64,000 nt of DNA from Verrucomicrobiota bacterium (GTDB taxonomy: Bacteria > Verrucomicrobiota > Verrucomicrobiia > Chthoniobacterales > Chthoniobacteraceae). Positions within the stretch are counted from its first letter, which is position 1. Every line of letters begins with the position of its first letter. The notes under the pieces are model-generated. The model made no database searches, was not told the origin of the DNA, and worked only from the letters and a program-made list of their open reading frames with translations. The translations under genes and the position numbers were made by a program. Location: positions 1,357 to 65,356 of the forward strand of contig QQND01000005.1 of the NCBI GenBank assembly GCA_003402745.1, read 5' to 3'. Shown piece by piece: positions 19,472 through 29,562 of this stretch.

Positions 19472-20839
19472 ATGCAAAAACCCATTTCCCGTCCTTGGTG
19501 GAGTCACCTGACCCCATACCACTGGTTCGTTGTGTGCGTCGCCTCTGCCGCCTGGTTTTTTGACTGCCTGGACCAGCGCCTCTTTTCACTGGCCCGAATT
19601 CCAGCCATTTCCAGTCTCATGAATCTTCCGGCCTCGGACACGCAGGTCCAGGGGTTTGGAAAAATTGTCACGGCCTGCTTCCTCATCGGATGGGGCGTTG
19701 GCGGCATGATTTTCGGAGCCCTCGGAGACCGCTACGGCCGCGCCCGCATGCTCACCCTCACCATCCTCATCTACTCCGCGTTTACCGGCCTGAGCTACTT
19801 CAGCCAGACTCAGCTAGATTTCACGGTATTCCGTTTTTTAACCGGTCTCGGCGTCGGCGGAGTCTTTGGGCTGGCCGTTGCCTTGATCGCGGAGACCGTC
19901 CCTAGCGAGGCAAGAGCGCAGTCACTGGGCCTCCTGCAAATTCTTTCAACAGTCGGCAATATCGCCGCAGGCTTCGCCAAAATGGGCATCGATTCCCTTG
20001 AAAAAAACGGCACGCTCGTCGCCGGAACGGGCTGGCGCTGGATGTTCCTTATCGGAGCGCTTCCCGCCCTACTCATTCTTTTGACTCGGAACAAACTCAA
20101 AGAGCCCGAGCCCTGGCTGCGTTTGAAGGAACAAGGCGGGTTACCCACGGGCGGCATTTTCGGCCCCTACGCAAGCCTCCTGGCACAAAAACGCTGGCGC
20201 AAAAACCTCCTCGTCGGTGCGCTCATTTCGGGCACGGGGGTCGTCGGCCTCTGGGCCATCGGGGAGTACGCCGTCGATTTACAGAAGGTCGTCTTCAAAT
20301 CCTTCTTTGAAAAAACCGTCGCCGCTGACGCAGTCAAGGCAAGCGTCGATGCCGCCATCACCAAAGCCTACCTGCTCCAGATGATCGGCGCCGCTCTCGG
20401 CATGACTTTGTTCACACGCATCGCCACACTCGGAAGAAAGGTCGCGTTTGGTTTCGGCTTCTCCGCGGCTCTCGTGGTCACCTTTCTCGTTTACTGGAAG
20501 ATGAACTCCCCCATGGATGCCTACTGGATGATGCCCCTCATGGGAATGGCTCAACTCAGTGTCTTCGCCGGCTTTGCCATCTACCTGCCAGAGCTGTTCC
20601 CCAGCCGTTTGCGGAGTACGGGCACCTCCTTCTGCTATAACTTCGGCCGCTTCGCCGCTGCCGCCGGAAGCTTCTTCTCCGCAAAGCTCACCGTCGATGT
20701 CTTCGGCGCCTACAAGGAAGTAGACCCCTCTTTGCCTTTGCGCTACGCCGCAATGACCATGTGCTGCATCTTCTTGGTGGCTCTTTTCACCCTCCCCTTC
20801 GCCCCCGAAACCATGGGCCAGCCGCTCCCCGAAGAGTAG
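19472..20839 (+). CDS. MFS transporter
   Basis: Multiple hydrophobic helices and the MFS loop motif 'GALGDRYGRARML'. Start placed at ATG 19472, because the upstream 61 codons of ORF 19289.. look non-coding (Pro/Arg-rich). Confidence 0.8.
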   Translation: MQKPISRPWWSHLTPYHWFVVCVASAAWFFDCLDQRLFSLARIPAISSLMNLPASDTQVQGFGKIVTACFLIGWGVGGMIFGALGDRYGRARMLTLTILIYSAFTGLSYFSQTQLDFTVFRFLTGLGVGGVFGLAVALIAETVPSEARAQSLGLLQILSTVGNIAAGFAKMGIDSLEKNGTLVAGTGWRWMFLIGALPALLILLTRNKLKEPEPWLRLKEQGGLPTGGIFGPYASLLAQKRWRKNLLVGALISGTGVVGLWAIGEYAVDLQKVVFKSFFEKTVAADAVKASVDAAITKAYLLQMIGAALGMTLFTRIATLGRKVAFGFGFSAALVVTFLVYWKMNSPMDAYWMMPLMGMAQLSVFAGFAIYLPELFPSRLRSTGTSFCYNFGRFAAAAGSFFSAKLTVDVFGAYKEVDPSLPLRYAAMTMCCIFLVALFTLPFAPETMGQPLPEE

Positions 20840-20905
20840 CACGTAACCTCTACAGTCTCGGGGAACGCTCGCCAGGCCCCCTCCAACGGCATCCGACCTC
20901 TGTCT

Positions 20906-22402
20906 ATGACTCATCCCCTCTTGTACGAAGTCAATGCGCGCCAATGGCTGGCCAGACTCTCCGAAAATCACGGCGCCGCTCTGAGCCTTCATCAGGTTCC
21001 TGACTCTGAACTGGAAGTCCTTCAAAAAATCGGGGTGACGCATTTATGGCTCATGGGAGTCTGGCCCACCGGAGAAAAGTCCCGGGCTCAAGCGCTCACG
21101 CACCCAGACCTTCGAAAAGCCTACTCCGAAGCGCTGCCCGACTGGACGGATGCCGACGTTCTCGGATCGCCCTATGCAGTCGCAGACCTTCGCGTCGCCG
21201 AATCTCTCGGAGGAGACGCCGGCCTCGCCGTCTTCCGCGCGAAACTGGCCTCCTTCAAGATCAAACTGATCTTGGATTTTGTCCCAAATCATCTCGGTTT
21301 GGATCACGAGTGGGTCTCCAAACGCCCCGAACTTTTTGTCGGGGCCCCTTCCCCCTTCCAAGATTCCTTCCCGTCTGAAACCTCCTCTCATCCCCGGTTT
21401 ATCGCCCATGGCAAGGACCCGTATTTCCCAGGGTGGACCGATACCGTCCAACTCGAATACCGCCGCGTGGAAACACGCGAGGCCATGGCCAGCCTCGTTC
21501 TCTCTCTCACCAAAAAATGTGATGGAGTCCGCTGTGACATGGCCATGCTCCTGCTCTCCGAAATTTTTGAACGCACTTGGGCGCACGTCCCTTTCGATGG
21601 CCCATGTGCGACTGGCGAATTCTGGCAGCAGGCCATCACCTCGGCAAAACAGGCCCGGCCCGACTTTCTCTTTCTAGCGGAAGCTTATTGGGGACTCGAA
21701 GGTCGGCTATGCGACCTCGGTTTTGACTACGCCTACGACAAAAGTCTCTATGACTTTATCGTCCACGATCACCCCTTCAACATCCAACCGCATCTCCTTG
21801 GGCTGGCAAACCACAATGCGAACCGCGCTCATTTTTTAGAGAACCACGACGAACCCCGCATCTCAACGGAGGTGCCGCTCGACCTGCACCGCGCCGCAGT
21901 CGTCCTCGCCTTGGGCCTGCCAGGCATGAGGTTTCTTCACGACGGACAACTCGAAGGCGTCCGCCGCTTTGCGCGCGTCCAACTCGCTCGCAGCGCCAAA
22001 GAACCCATCGACACCGCCATCCAGTCCATGTACGGCCCCTTGCTCGCCGCCTTTTCAAAAAGCGCCGTCGGTCAGGGCGAAGGCCGAATCCTCTCTCCGT
22101 TCGCTGCTTGGGAGAACAATCACTCCTTCCGTTTTTTCACCATCGTGCTGTGGCGAAAGCCCGACTCGGAGACGCATTTCGACCTCGTCGTGGTAAACAT
22201 GGCGCAACATCCCTCGCAGTGCCGCGTCCATTTCAACCCCACCGGCCTCAGTGGCAAAACGTGGCAACTCACGGACCGTATCGGCACCGAAGTCTGGACC
22301 AGGGACGGCCGCGAACTGGCTGAGAGCGGCCTCTTTTTGGACCTGCCTCCCAGAGGCGCGCAACTCTTCGCGCTCGCTCCAGTCTCTCAACCGTCGCGAT
22401 AA
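20906..22402 (+). CDS. GH13 alpha-amylase-family glycoside hydrolase
   Basis: The four GH13 regions are present: 'DFVPNHLG', 'GVRCDMAMLL', 'FLAEAYW' and 'FLENHDEPR'. Confidence 0.85.
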   Translation: MTHPLLYEVNARQWLARLSENHGAALSLHQVPDSELEVLQKIGVTHLWLMGVWPTGEKSRAQALTHPDLRKAYSEALPDWTDADVLGSPYAVADLRVAESLGGDAGLAVFRAKLASFKIKLILDFVPNHLGLDHEWVSKRPELFVGAPSPFQDSFPSETSSHPRFIAHGKDPYFPGWTDTVQLEYRRVETREAMASLVLSLTKKCDGVRCDMAMLLLSEIFERTWAHVPFDGPCATGEFWQQAITSAKQARPDFLFLAEAYWGLEGRLCDLGFDYAYDKSLYDFIVHDHPFNIQPHLLGLANHNANRAHFLENHDEPRISTEVPLDLHRAAVVLALGLPGMRFLHDGQLEGVRRFARVQLARSAKEPIDTAIQSMYGPLLAAFSKSAVGQGEGRILSPFAAWENNHSFRFFTIVLWRKPDSETHFDLVVVNMAQHPSQCRVHFNPTGLSGKTWQLTDRIGTEVWTRDGRELAESGLFLDLPPRGAQLFALAPVSQPSR

Positions 22403-22431
22403 GCACACCGCCCGACGCCAGCACCACCCCC

Positions 22432-22959
22432 ATGAAACGCAGGGAAATCATCAAACTCGCAGCCCTCTCTGCAGGCGCGCTCCTAGCTCCAGGTTCCGTC
22501 ACAAGCCTAGCAGCCTCCTCCAACGCGCACCCAGGCCCGGGTGCAACGCCCGCGCAGGAAACCCTCCTTGCGGAACTTGTGGAGGTCATCATCCCAACCA
22601 CCGACACTCCCGGCGCTAAAGCCGCGGGGGTTGAAAAATTCATCGTCCGTCTTCTTCGAGACTGTCATCAACCCGAGGAACAGGCCCGTTTCTACAAAGG
22701 GCTTGCCGATTTGGAAGCCGACGCGCTCAAGACGTTCGCTCTCCCTTTTCTTCAATTAAGCACAGCGCAACGAACGGAGTTGCTCAAACTTTGCAGCGTG
22801 CGCGACAAAGCTTTTTTCTTAAAGCTAAAGCAACTGACGGTGACCGGATATTTCACCTCGGAAATCGGCGCCACTCAGGCTCTCGTTTACCTCCCCATTC
22901 CAGGCCGCTTTGAAGGCTCCACTCCAATGGCCCCCGGCCAGAGGGCATGGGCCCTTTGA
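22432..22959 (+). CDS. Gluconate 2-dehydrogenase subunit-3-family protein (Tat-signal small subunit)
   Basis: Tat-like 'MKRREIIKLAALSAGALLAPGS'. Size and position immediately upstream of a GMC oxidoreductase match this family. Confidence 0.7.
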   Translation: MKRREIIKLAALSAGALLAPGSVTSLAASSNAHPGPGATPAQETLLAELVEVIIPTTDTPGAKAAGVEKFIVRLLRDCHQPEEQARFYKGLADLEADALKTFALPFLQLSTAQRTELLKLCSVRDKAFFLKLKQLTVTGYFTSEIGATQALVYLPIPGRFEGSTPMAPGQRAWAL

Positions 22960-22993
22960 TCTTGTAAATACACCCAAACCAAACTCCGGCTCC

Positions 22994-24709
22994 ATGGCAA
23001 ATCTCAATATCAACTCGGCCCAAGAAATGGCTTTTGACGCCATCGTGATCGGCTCAGGCGTTTCCGGAGGCTGGGCTGCCAAGGAACTCACCGAAAAGGG
23101 ACTCCGCGTTCTAATGCTCGAGCGGGGCCGAGCGTTGGAGCACGTTACCGGCTACGAAAACGCCATGAAAGCGCCCTGGGAGCTGCAATACGCCGGGCGC
23201 CTCACTCTCAAGCAGATCGAGACTCATCCCAAACTCTCCAGAGATTATCCGTACAACGAGATGACCGAGAAGTATTGGATGACCGATTCCGATTCCCTCT
23301 ACAAAGAAGAAAAACGCTTCGACTGGTTCAGGCCAAATATCGTCGGAGGAAAGTCCATCATGTGGGGCCGGCAGTCCTATCGTTTGAGCGATCTCGATTT
23401 CGAGGCGAACCTCAAGGAAGGCGTCGCCGTTGACTGGCCCATCCGCTACGCGGACATCGCACCCTGGTACTCTTATGTCGAAAAATTCGCGGGCATCTCC
23501 GGCGAAAAACTCGGCCTGCCCCAACTCCCGGATGGAGAATTTCTTCCACCGATGGACATGTTTCACGTCGAAAAAGAGGTCAAACAGCGCCTTGAAAAAC
23601 ACTTCCCCGGACGCCACTTAACCATCGGCCGTGTGGCCAACCTTTCTGAAGCTGCAAAGGAACAACTGGGCGTCGGACGGTCCCGCTGCCAATACAGAAA
23701 TAAGTGCAATCTTGGCTGTCCCTTTGGCGCCTATTTCAGCACCCAATCCTCGACTCTTCCCGCAGCCTCAAAAACAGGCCTCCTTACCCTCCGCCCAGAC
23801 TCCGTAGCCACCCAAGTCCTCTACAACAACGCCTCGCAACGCGCTACCGGAGTGCGCGTGCGCGATGCCGTCACGCTTCAGGACCGCGAGTATTCCGCGA
23901 AGATCATCTTTGTGTGCGCAAGCACCATCAGCTCCACCGCTCTTTTGATGAACTCCATTTCCGACCGTTTCCCAAACGGCCTCGGAAACGACTCCGGACA
24001 ACTAGGTCACAACCTGATGGATCACCACTTCCGCATTGGCGCGAGCGGAACCTGGGAGGGGGATCTGGATAAATATTATTACGGCCGCAGGGCCAATGGA
24101 ATTTACATCCCCCGCTACCGCAACCTCGGTTCCGAGCGCCGCAGCTATGCCCGCGGCTTCGGCTACCAAGGCTCCGCGAGCCGGCAAGGTTGGCAGCGCA
24201 ACGTTGCGGAACTCTCCTTTGGCGCAGAACTCAAGGAAGCTCTCACGCACCCCGGAGACTGGACCATGGGACTCACCGGCTTCGGCGAAATGCTGCCTTA
24301 TTTTGAAAACAAAATGACCCTCGACAACACCTCTCCCGACAAGTGGGGAATGCCAGTCGTCGTATTCGATGCCGAACTCAAGGAAAACGAAAAAAATATG
24401 CGCATCGACATGGCCAATGACGCCAAAGAAATGCTGGAAACATCCGGCCTCAAAAATGTCAAAATCTACGACAACGGCTCGTTCCCAGGCATGGCCATCC
24501 ACGAAATGGGAACCGCACGGATGGGACGCGATCCAAAAACCTCCGTCCTCAACGCCCACAACCAGCTTCATTCCGTTCCCAATGTCTTCGTCACTGACGG
24601 GGCCTCTATGACTTCCGCCTCTTGCGTGAATCCATCCCTAACTTACATGGCCCTGACCGCTAGGGCTGCTGATTTTGCGGTCCAAGAATTAAAGAAGGGG
24701 GCCCTCTAA
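22994..24709 (+). CDS. GMC-family FAD oxidoreductase
   Basis: 'FDAIVIGSGVSGGWAAKELTEKGLRVLMLERG' (FAD fold). C-terminal 'HEMGTARMGRDPKTSVLN...NVFVTDGASM'. Start placed at ATG 22994 (MANLNI). Confidence 0.85.
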   Translation: MANLNINSAQEMAFDAIVIGSGVSGGWAAKELTEKGLRVLMLERGRALEHVTGYENAMKAPWELQYAGRLTLKQIETHPKLSRDYPYNEMTEKYWMTDSDSLYKEEKRFDWFRPNIVGGKSIMWGRQSYRLSDLDFEANLKEGVAVDWPIRYADIAPWYSYVEKFAGISGEKLGLPQLPDGEFLPPMDMFHVEKEVKQRLEKHFPGRHLTIGRVANLSEAAKEQLGVGRSRCQYRNKCNLGCPFGAYFSTQSSTLPAASKTGLLTLRPDSVATQVLYNNASQRATGVRVRDAVTLQDREYSAKIIFVCASTISSTALLMNSISDRFPNGLGNDSGQLGHNLMDHHFRIGASGTWEGDLDKYYYGRRANGIYIPRYRNLGSERRSYARGFGYQGSASRQGWQRNVAELSFGAELKEALTHPGDWTMGLTGFGEMLPYFENKMTLDNTSPDKWGMPVVVFDAELKENEKNMRIDMANDAKEMLETSGLKNVKIYDNGSFPGMAIHEMGTARMGRDPKTSVLNAHNQLHSVPNVFVTDGASMTSASCVNPSLTYMALTARAADFAVQELKKGAL

Positions 24710-24810
24710 GGGCCGCGAGGAAACGTCTTCGGAAAAATTTCCAACGGCAACGCTCCTCCTGTGAATTCATTTCTTCTCTGCCGCCCGAGCTGAATTAGGA
24801 TCACAGACCG

Positions 24811-27675
24811 ATGGGCATTCCTCCTTCCCCCTCAACCCTCCATACAACCCCACGCTTTTCCCTGAGAGGGCGAGTGGCCAGCGGGGCGCTTTTGGTTTCG
24901 GCGCTGCTCGGAGCCCCCCTCCAGGCGCAGTCTCCCGTAGGCGGGCCTCAAGCCGCCGAACTCTACGTCAAGGCGATGACCGCCTTCGCCTCGAGTGATT
25001 TTTCTGCAGCTATCACCAGTCTGGAAGAAATGCTGAAGCTCGGAGTCGATGGCCCAGCCATGGAGAGCGTTCATTTCTCACTGGCCGCCGCTCACTTTAA
25101 TACGCAGGCCTTCCCAAAGGCTAAGGCAGCCTTTGAAAACTATCTTAAACTGTATCCAGCGGGAACAAAGGCAACCGACGCCCTCCTCGGCATCGCTCAA
25201 TGCCAGAAACTTTTAGGGGAAAAGGAAAAAGCGGCCGCAACTTTCGACCAGGTCGCACAAAAGGGAGGCCCTGCCAAGGAACAAGCCCTGTTTTCCAAAG
25301 CCACCCTCCTCAAAGAAACAGGCAACACCGCCGAAGCCGCAAAGACGCTTCAGTCCCTGCTTGCCGGCGGACTAAAAACGCCGGAGTCGGTTCAGGCAGC
25401 CCTTCTTCTAAGTTCCGTCGAAGCAGAACGCGGGGAGCGTACGAGCGCCCTGAAAATTCTAGAGCAGCTCCAGGGCCGGCTTCTAAACCTGGTGGAAAAC
25501 CCGCTGCAGTTGAACGCTCTCGCCTTTGAAATCGGCGATGCTTTTTTACACGCTTTCGAACTTAAACAGGCTCTGCTGGCGTATTCCATGGTCAGACGCA
25601 AAGAGGACATCGTGTCGCTTCAGCAGCAGCGCATTCAAAGCCTTGTCCGCCGGATGGAGGCCAACGTTGCCGCAGCGAAACTCGAGCCCTCTCGCACCGT
25701 CGAACTCACAAGCGCCAATGGTCGTTTAAAGGCCCAGTACGATATCGCAAAACAAGCCCTCGACCAAACAACGGCCGCCCCGGACCTCCTTTTCCCGCTC
25801 AGAGCCCGGCAGGCGTCTGCCTACCAGGAAACCGGCCGCCTAGAGGAAGCAATCCTTCTTTTTGAATCCATTCTTCTCTCCCCAGACAAAGCCGGCCGTG
25901 AAGACACTCTGCTCAATCTTGGTTCTCTTTATGCCAAAGCAGGAGAGACATCCGAGGCCGTCCGTGTTCTCACAGAGCTCCTCTCCGAATTTCCAAAAAC
26001 AAAAAGCAACGACACCGCCCTGTTCCTCCTTGGCACCCAGCAACTCCAACTGGACAAACCAGAACCTGCTGCCGCCTCTTTTGAAAAACTGCTGAAACAA
26101 TCGCCGAAAAGCTCCCATGTACCCACCGCTTTGTTTCTATTGGCGAACGTGCGTTTCGCTCAATCTTCCTACAAAGACGCACTCGCCGGATATCAAACCT
26201 ACCTGAAATCCTTCCCTGCCGCTGAATTCTCGGAAGAGGCCCAGTACCGCGTCGCGCTCTCCCATTTTTTTGCTGGTGAGTACGCGCCGGCATTGGAAAA
26301 ACTGGAGACCTATTCCAAAGAACATACCGACGGCTCATTTGCTGCAGACGCAGCGTATCGCATCGCAGCCTGTTACCAGGCAGCGCGAAAATCCGAGGAG
26401 GTCGTACGGCGCTGTGCCTTGTGGGAGGCATCCTACGGGGATCATCCAATTTCAGCGGAAGTTCTGACGCTGCATGGCGATGCGCTCACAGCGCTAAACC
26501 GCCAGGACGAATCCATCCAAGTCTATCGGAAAGCAACGCTTCGGGCTTCCTCCGATGAAGTCTCACACTACGCACTCTTTGAAGCCAATAAACAGCTTCA
26601 AAAACTCGGGCGCATCGATGAATCAGCCGAAATGTTTCAGGAATTTCTGGCCGCTAAGCCGCAACACCCCTCCAATGTTCTCGCGATGTATTGGATTGCG
26701 AAAGCCATGCACAAGTCGGGAAAAACCGATGCCGCGAAAGATTTTCTACGCGAAAAAATCGCTTCCTTTATTAACGACCGCACTCAGGACGCGGTAGAAC
26801 AACTTCTCTCCCAACTCGCCCAACTCTGCCTCAAGGCCCCACGCTCAAACGCCCCCCCCGCGTCCACCGAGTTGCCGCCCCCACCGCACAACCCAGAGGA
26901 GAATCTAAACAAATACCTTGATCCAAGCCAGTTCCCAGACACCCCCCTGACGGCCGCACGCCTCTTGTACGCACGCGCTGAGCTCGCGCGCATGCTGAGA
27001 AAACCAGCCGCCGCCGCCGCCGCTCTGGACGCGATTTGTGACAAAACACCTCCAAAAACACTCGGCGCAGCGCTCCTCGCCCAAAGCGGTGACCGCCTCC
27101 TAGAACGCCAGGAAACCAAGCGCGCCGCTGAATTTTACACGGAACTGATCCAAGCGTTTCCAAAGTCTGAAATGCTTGATTACGCATACAACGGTCGGGG
27201 GCAACTGGCACTGCTAGAGAACAAACCAGAGGAGGCATTACATTGGTTCACCGACGCAATCGACAAGGCCGGGGCTTCGACGAAACTGCGCGAGGTGACG
27301 CTGGGGCGGGCCAAAACACTTCTGCTCCTCGGCAAACCGGACGAGGCCAAGCCCATTCTAGAACAGGTCGCCTCGACGCGCGAATGGCGGGGCGAATGCA
27401 CCGCTGAGGCCGTTTTTTTACTGGGCGAAATCCTTGTTCAAAAAGGCGATCTTCCAGGAGCCATTCAATACTTCCAGCGCGTTTTTGTTGCGTACCAGCG
27501 CTACGAGCGTTTTGTTGGTCGCGCCTACCTCCGTGCAGCTGAGTGCTTTGAACAATTGAACGAGCCGGAAAAAGCACTCGCTCATTACAAAGAACTGGCC
27601 ACAAAACCGCGTCTCGCCTCTCTCCCTGAAACTAAAACCGCGCAAAAACGCCTCGAATCCAAGGACCCGAAATGA
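24811..27675 (+). CDS. Large secreted TPR-repeat protein
   Basis: Signal peptide, then many TPR/YbgF-like repeats (for example 'AKAAFENYLKLYPAGTKATDALLGIAQC'). Confidence 0.75.
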   Translation: MGIPPSPSTLHTTPRFSLRGRVASGALLVSALLGAPLQAQSPVGGPQAAELYVKAMTAFASSDFSAAITSLEEMLKLGVDGPAMESVHFSLAAAHFNTQAFPKAKAAFENYLKLYPAGTKATDALLGIAQCQKLLGEKEKAAATFDQVAQKGGPAKEQALFSKATLLKETGNTAEAAKTLQSLLAGGLKTPESVQAALLLSSVEAERGERTSALKILEQLQGRLLNLVENPLQLNALAFEIGDAFLHAFELKQALLAYSMVRRKEDIVSLQQQRIQSLVRRMEANVAAAKLEPSRTVELTSANGRLKAQYDIAKQALDQTTAAPDLLFPLRARQASAYQETGRLEEAILLFESILLSPDKAGREDTLLNLGSLYAKAGETSEAVRVLTELLSEFPKTKSNDTALFLLGTQQLQLDKPEPAAASFEKLLKQSPKSSHVPTALFLLANVRFAQSSYKDALAGYQTYLKSFPAAEFSEEAQYRVALSHFFAGEYAPALEKLETYSKEHTDGSFAADAAYRIAACYQAARKSEEVVRRCALWEASYGDHPISAEVLTLHGDALTALNRQDESIQVYRKATLRASSDEVSHYALFEANKQLQKLGRIDESAEMFQEFLAAKPQHPSNVLAMYWIAKAMHKSGKTDAAKDFLREKIASFINDRTQDAVEQLLSQLAQLCLKAPRSNAPPASTELPPPPHNPEENLNKYLDPSQFPDTPLTAARLLYARAELARMLRKPAAAAAALDAICDKTPPKTLGAALLAQSGDRLLERQETKRAAEFYTELIQAFPKSEMLDYAYNGRGQLALLENKPEEALHWFTDAIDKAGASTKLREVTLGRAKTLLLLGKPDEAKPILEQVASTREWRGECTAEAVFLLGEILVQKGDLPGAIQYFQRVFVAYQRYERFVGRAYLRAAECFEQLNEPEKALAHYKELATKPRLASLPETKTAQKRLESKDPK

Positions 27676-28457
27676 ACCGCTTTCGCCTCTGCGTCCTCAC
27701 TCTTTTTGTCCCCGGCTTCCTATGCGCGGAATCCGTCTTCCTCAAAGATGGAAAAATTCACTCCGCCAAAGAACTACGGAAGGAAGGAAATTTCCTCCTC
27801 TTCAAATCCCAAGGACAGGACGGAACGTTCTCCGACACAGTCACTCCGTTGAACCAAATCGAACGGGTCGAATTTGGAGACTTGCCTGCGCTGGCGGAGG
27901 CCCGCCAAATGGCGCGACAAGGCGATGCGGTCGGCGTCCTCGAAAAAACGGCCGCCCCAGCAGCATTTTTTCGCAGCTTTAGTGATGTCCCAGGAAACCA
28001 ATGGTCGGAGGTAATGCGTCTGCGTCTCCCTGCGCTCGCTGTGGCGGGCACGGAGGCCACCCTCTCAGAACTGCAGTCGCTCTGGACTAACACCGGAGAT
28101 ACGGAGCTCGATACGGCCTACCGCCTTCTTCTCGCCGCCAAGAACGATCCCGCAGGCGCCCATACCGCATGGAAAGCTCTCTCCCAACCCGGAGCAAGCT
28201 CCCTGGCCGCCGGAATATCCTGGCTGGAACTCGGGAAAGAGGCGCTCCTCGCCAAACAATGGAACACAGCCATTCGCGCATTCCTGTCGGTGGAAGTGTT
28301 TGTGCCAGGACAACGCCTCCTCCAGCCAAAGGCACTTCTTGGTGCCGCCGAAGCTTTTGTGCGGAAGGGCGAAAAAGCCAAGGCTGCGGCTCTGGCGGAA
28401 GACATCAAAACCGAATACCCAACGTCAACAGCTGACGCCTCAGCCCTCTTGAAGTAG
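27672..28457 (+). CDS. Secreted protein, helical repeat-like, unknown function
   Basis: The start overlaps the upstream stop (ATGA at 27672..27675). Signal peptide 'RLCVLTLFVPGFLCA'. Confidence 0.6.
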   Translation: MNRFRLCVLTLFVPGFLCAESVFLKDGKIHSAKELRKEGNFLLFKSQGQDGTFSDTVTPLNQIERVEFGDLPALAEARQMARQGDAVGVLEKTAAPAAFFRSFSDVPGNQWSEVMRLRLPALAVAGTEATLSELQSLWTNTGDTELDTAYRLLLAAKNDPAGAHTAWKALSQPGASSLAAGISWLELGKEALLAKQWNTAIRAFLSVEVFVPGQRLLQPKALLGAAEAFVRKGEKAKAAALAEDIKTEYPTSTADASALLK

Positions 28458-28514
28458 TTCCTCAAATTCTTTTTCCAATCCCGGCCACACTTTTCTTGTC
28501 AGACTTTTTTCGCT

Positions 28515-29486
28515 TCAAAAAACCCGGTCTATCAACGCCTCACCCCTTTCAAAAAGGACAAGGTTCGCCAGGAAATGCCTGACCAAAGCCTCGTCTTGAT
28601 CATGACGCCCCCCAGCCGTGTGCGGTGTGATAAAACAGTTCGGCGTCGTCCAAAGCTCATGCTCGGGAGGCAACGGTTCAGGTTCGGTGACATCCAAATA
28701 AGCAGCCGCGAGCCGCCCCGCCCTTAGTGCGTCTACCAAGGCATTCTGGTCCACGGTCGTCCCACGGCCGATATTGTAGAATTGCGCGCTGGGCTTGATC
28801 TGGGCAAACCGCTCCTGATTCATGAAATCACGGGTTGCTGCGTTGGCAGGAAGAATGTTCACCACATGGTCCGCGGTCTTCAGCGCTCCGGCGAGTGCTT
28901 CCGCACCCACAATTTCCACGCCCGCCGCCGCAAGAGCGCGGCGCCGGTAGGCAAGTAACCGAACACCGAAGGGCGCCAGCAGTTCTGCAAGGCGGCGTCC
29001 GATCGCTCCAAACCCGAGGAGTAGCACCGTCTGTCCCGTCAGAAGTCGGGAGTGATAACGGCGTTCGTCGTAATGCCACGAGTGATCCGTAATTTGATCG
29101 CGGTAAGAGGGGAGAATCTGCCGCGCAAATGCCAGCATCATGGAAAGAACGTGTTGTGCGCACGGATCCGCAAATACCCCGGACGCATTGGTAAAGGCGG
29201 CTCCTCGCGCCCTAAAAGCCGCGCCGAACTCCTCCGTGTCATAACGCGTGTAACCCGCGGAACTCACCTCGACCCACTTTAGTCGTTTGTTCTCAAAACA
29301 ATCTGCCAGGCTAGGCTGACCAAAAGCCACATCTACCAATGCAAATCCTGGGTCAGATGCGCCCGCGTTGAGCACAGAGGCGCTCGCTCGTGGAGCGCTC
29401 AAAAGCCGGTGTCCACTTGTACCCTTCTCCAAAAGTTGCAACGCAGCAGGCGCGAAAATTTCGTTGGTCCATATCGTAAGACTCAT
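28515..29486 (-). CDS. D-isomer-specific 2-hydroxyacid dehydrogenase family protein
   Basis: 'GQTVLLLGFGAIGRRLAELL' (NAD fold), 'NIGRGTTVD', 'LDVTEPEPLP' and 'ITPHTAG'. Start placed at the internal ATG (MSLTIW). Confidence 0.85.
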   Translation of the reverse strand: MSLTIWTNEIFAPAALQLLEKGTSGHRLLSAPRASASVLNAGASDPGFALVDVAFGQPSLADCFENKRLKWVEVSSAGYTRYDTEEFGAAFRARGAAFTNASGVFADPCAQHVLSMMLAFARQILPSYRDQITDHSWHYDERRYHSRLLTGQTVLLLGFGAIGRRLAELLAPFGVRLLAYRRRALAAAGVEIVGAEALAGALKTADHVVNILPANAATRDFMNQERFAQIKPSAQFYNIGRGTTVDQNALVDALRAGRLAAAYLDVTEPEPLPPEHELWTTPNCFITPHTAGGRHDQDEALVRHFLANLVLFERGEALIDRVF

Positions 29487-29562
29487 AAGCAAAAAAGAAT
29501 CCCGCGAAAGGGAGACAAAAGTCAAAAGCAGGTTCCACTTTTTACGCCGCCTCCGCAGCACT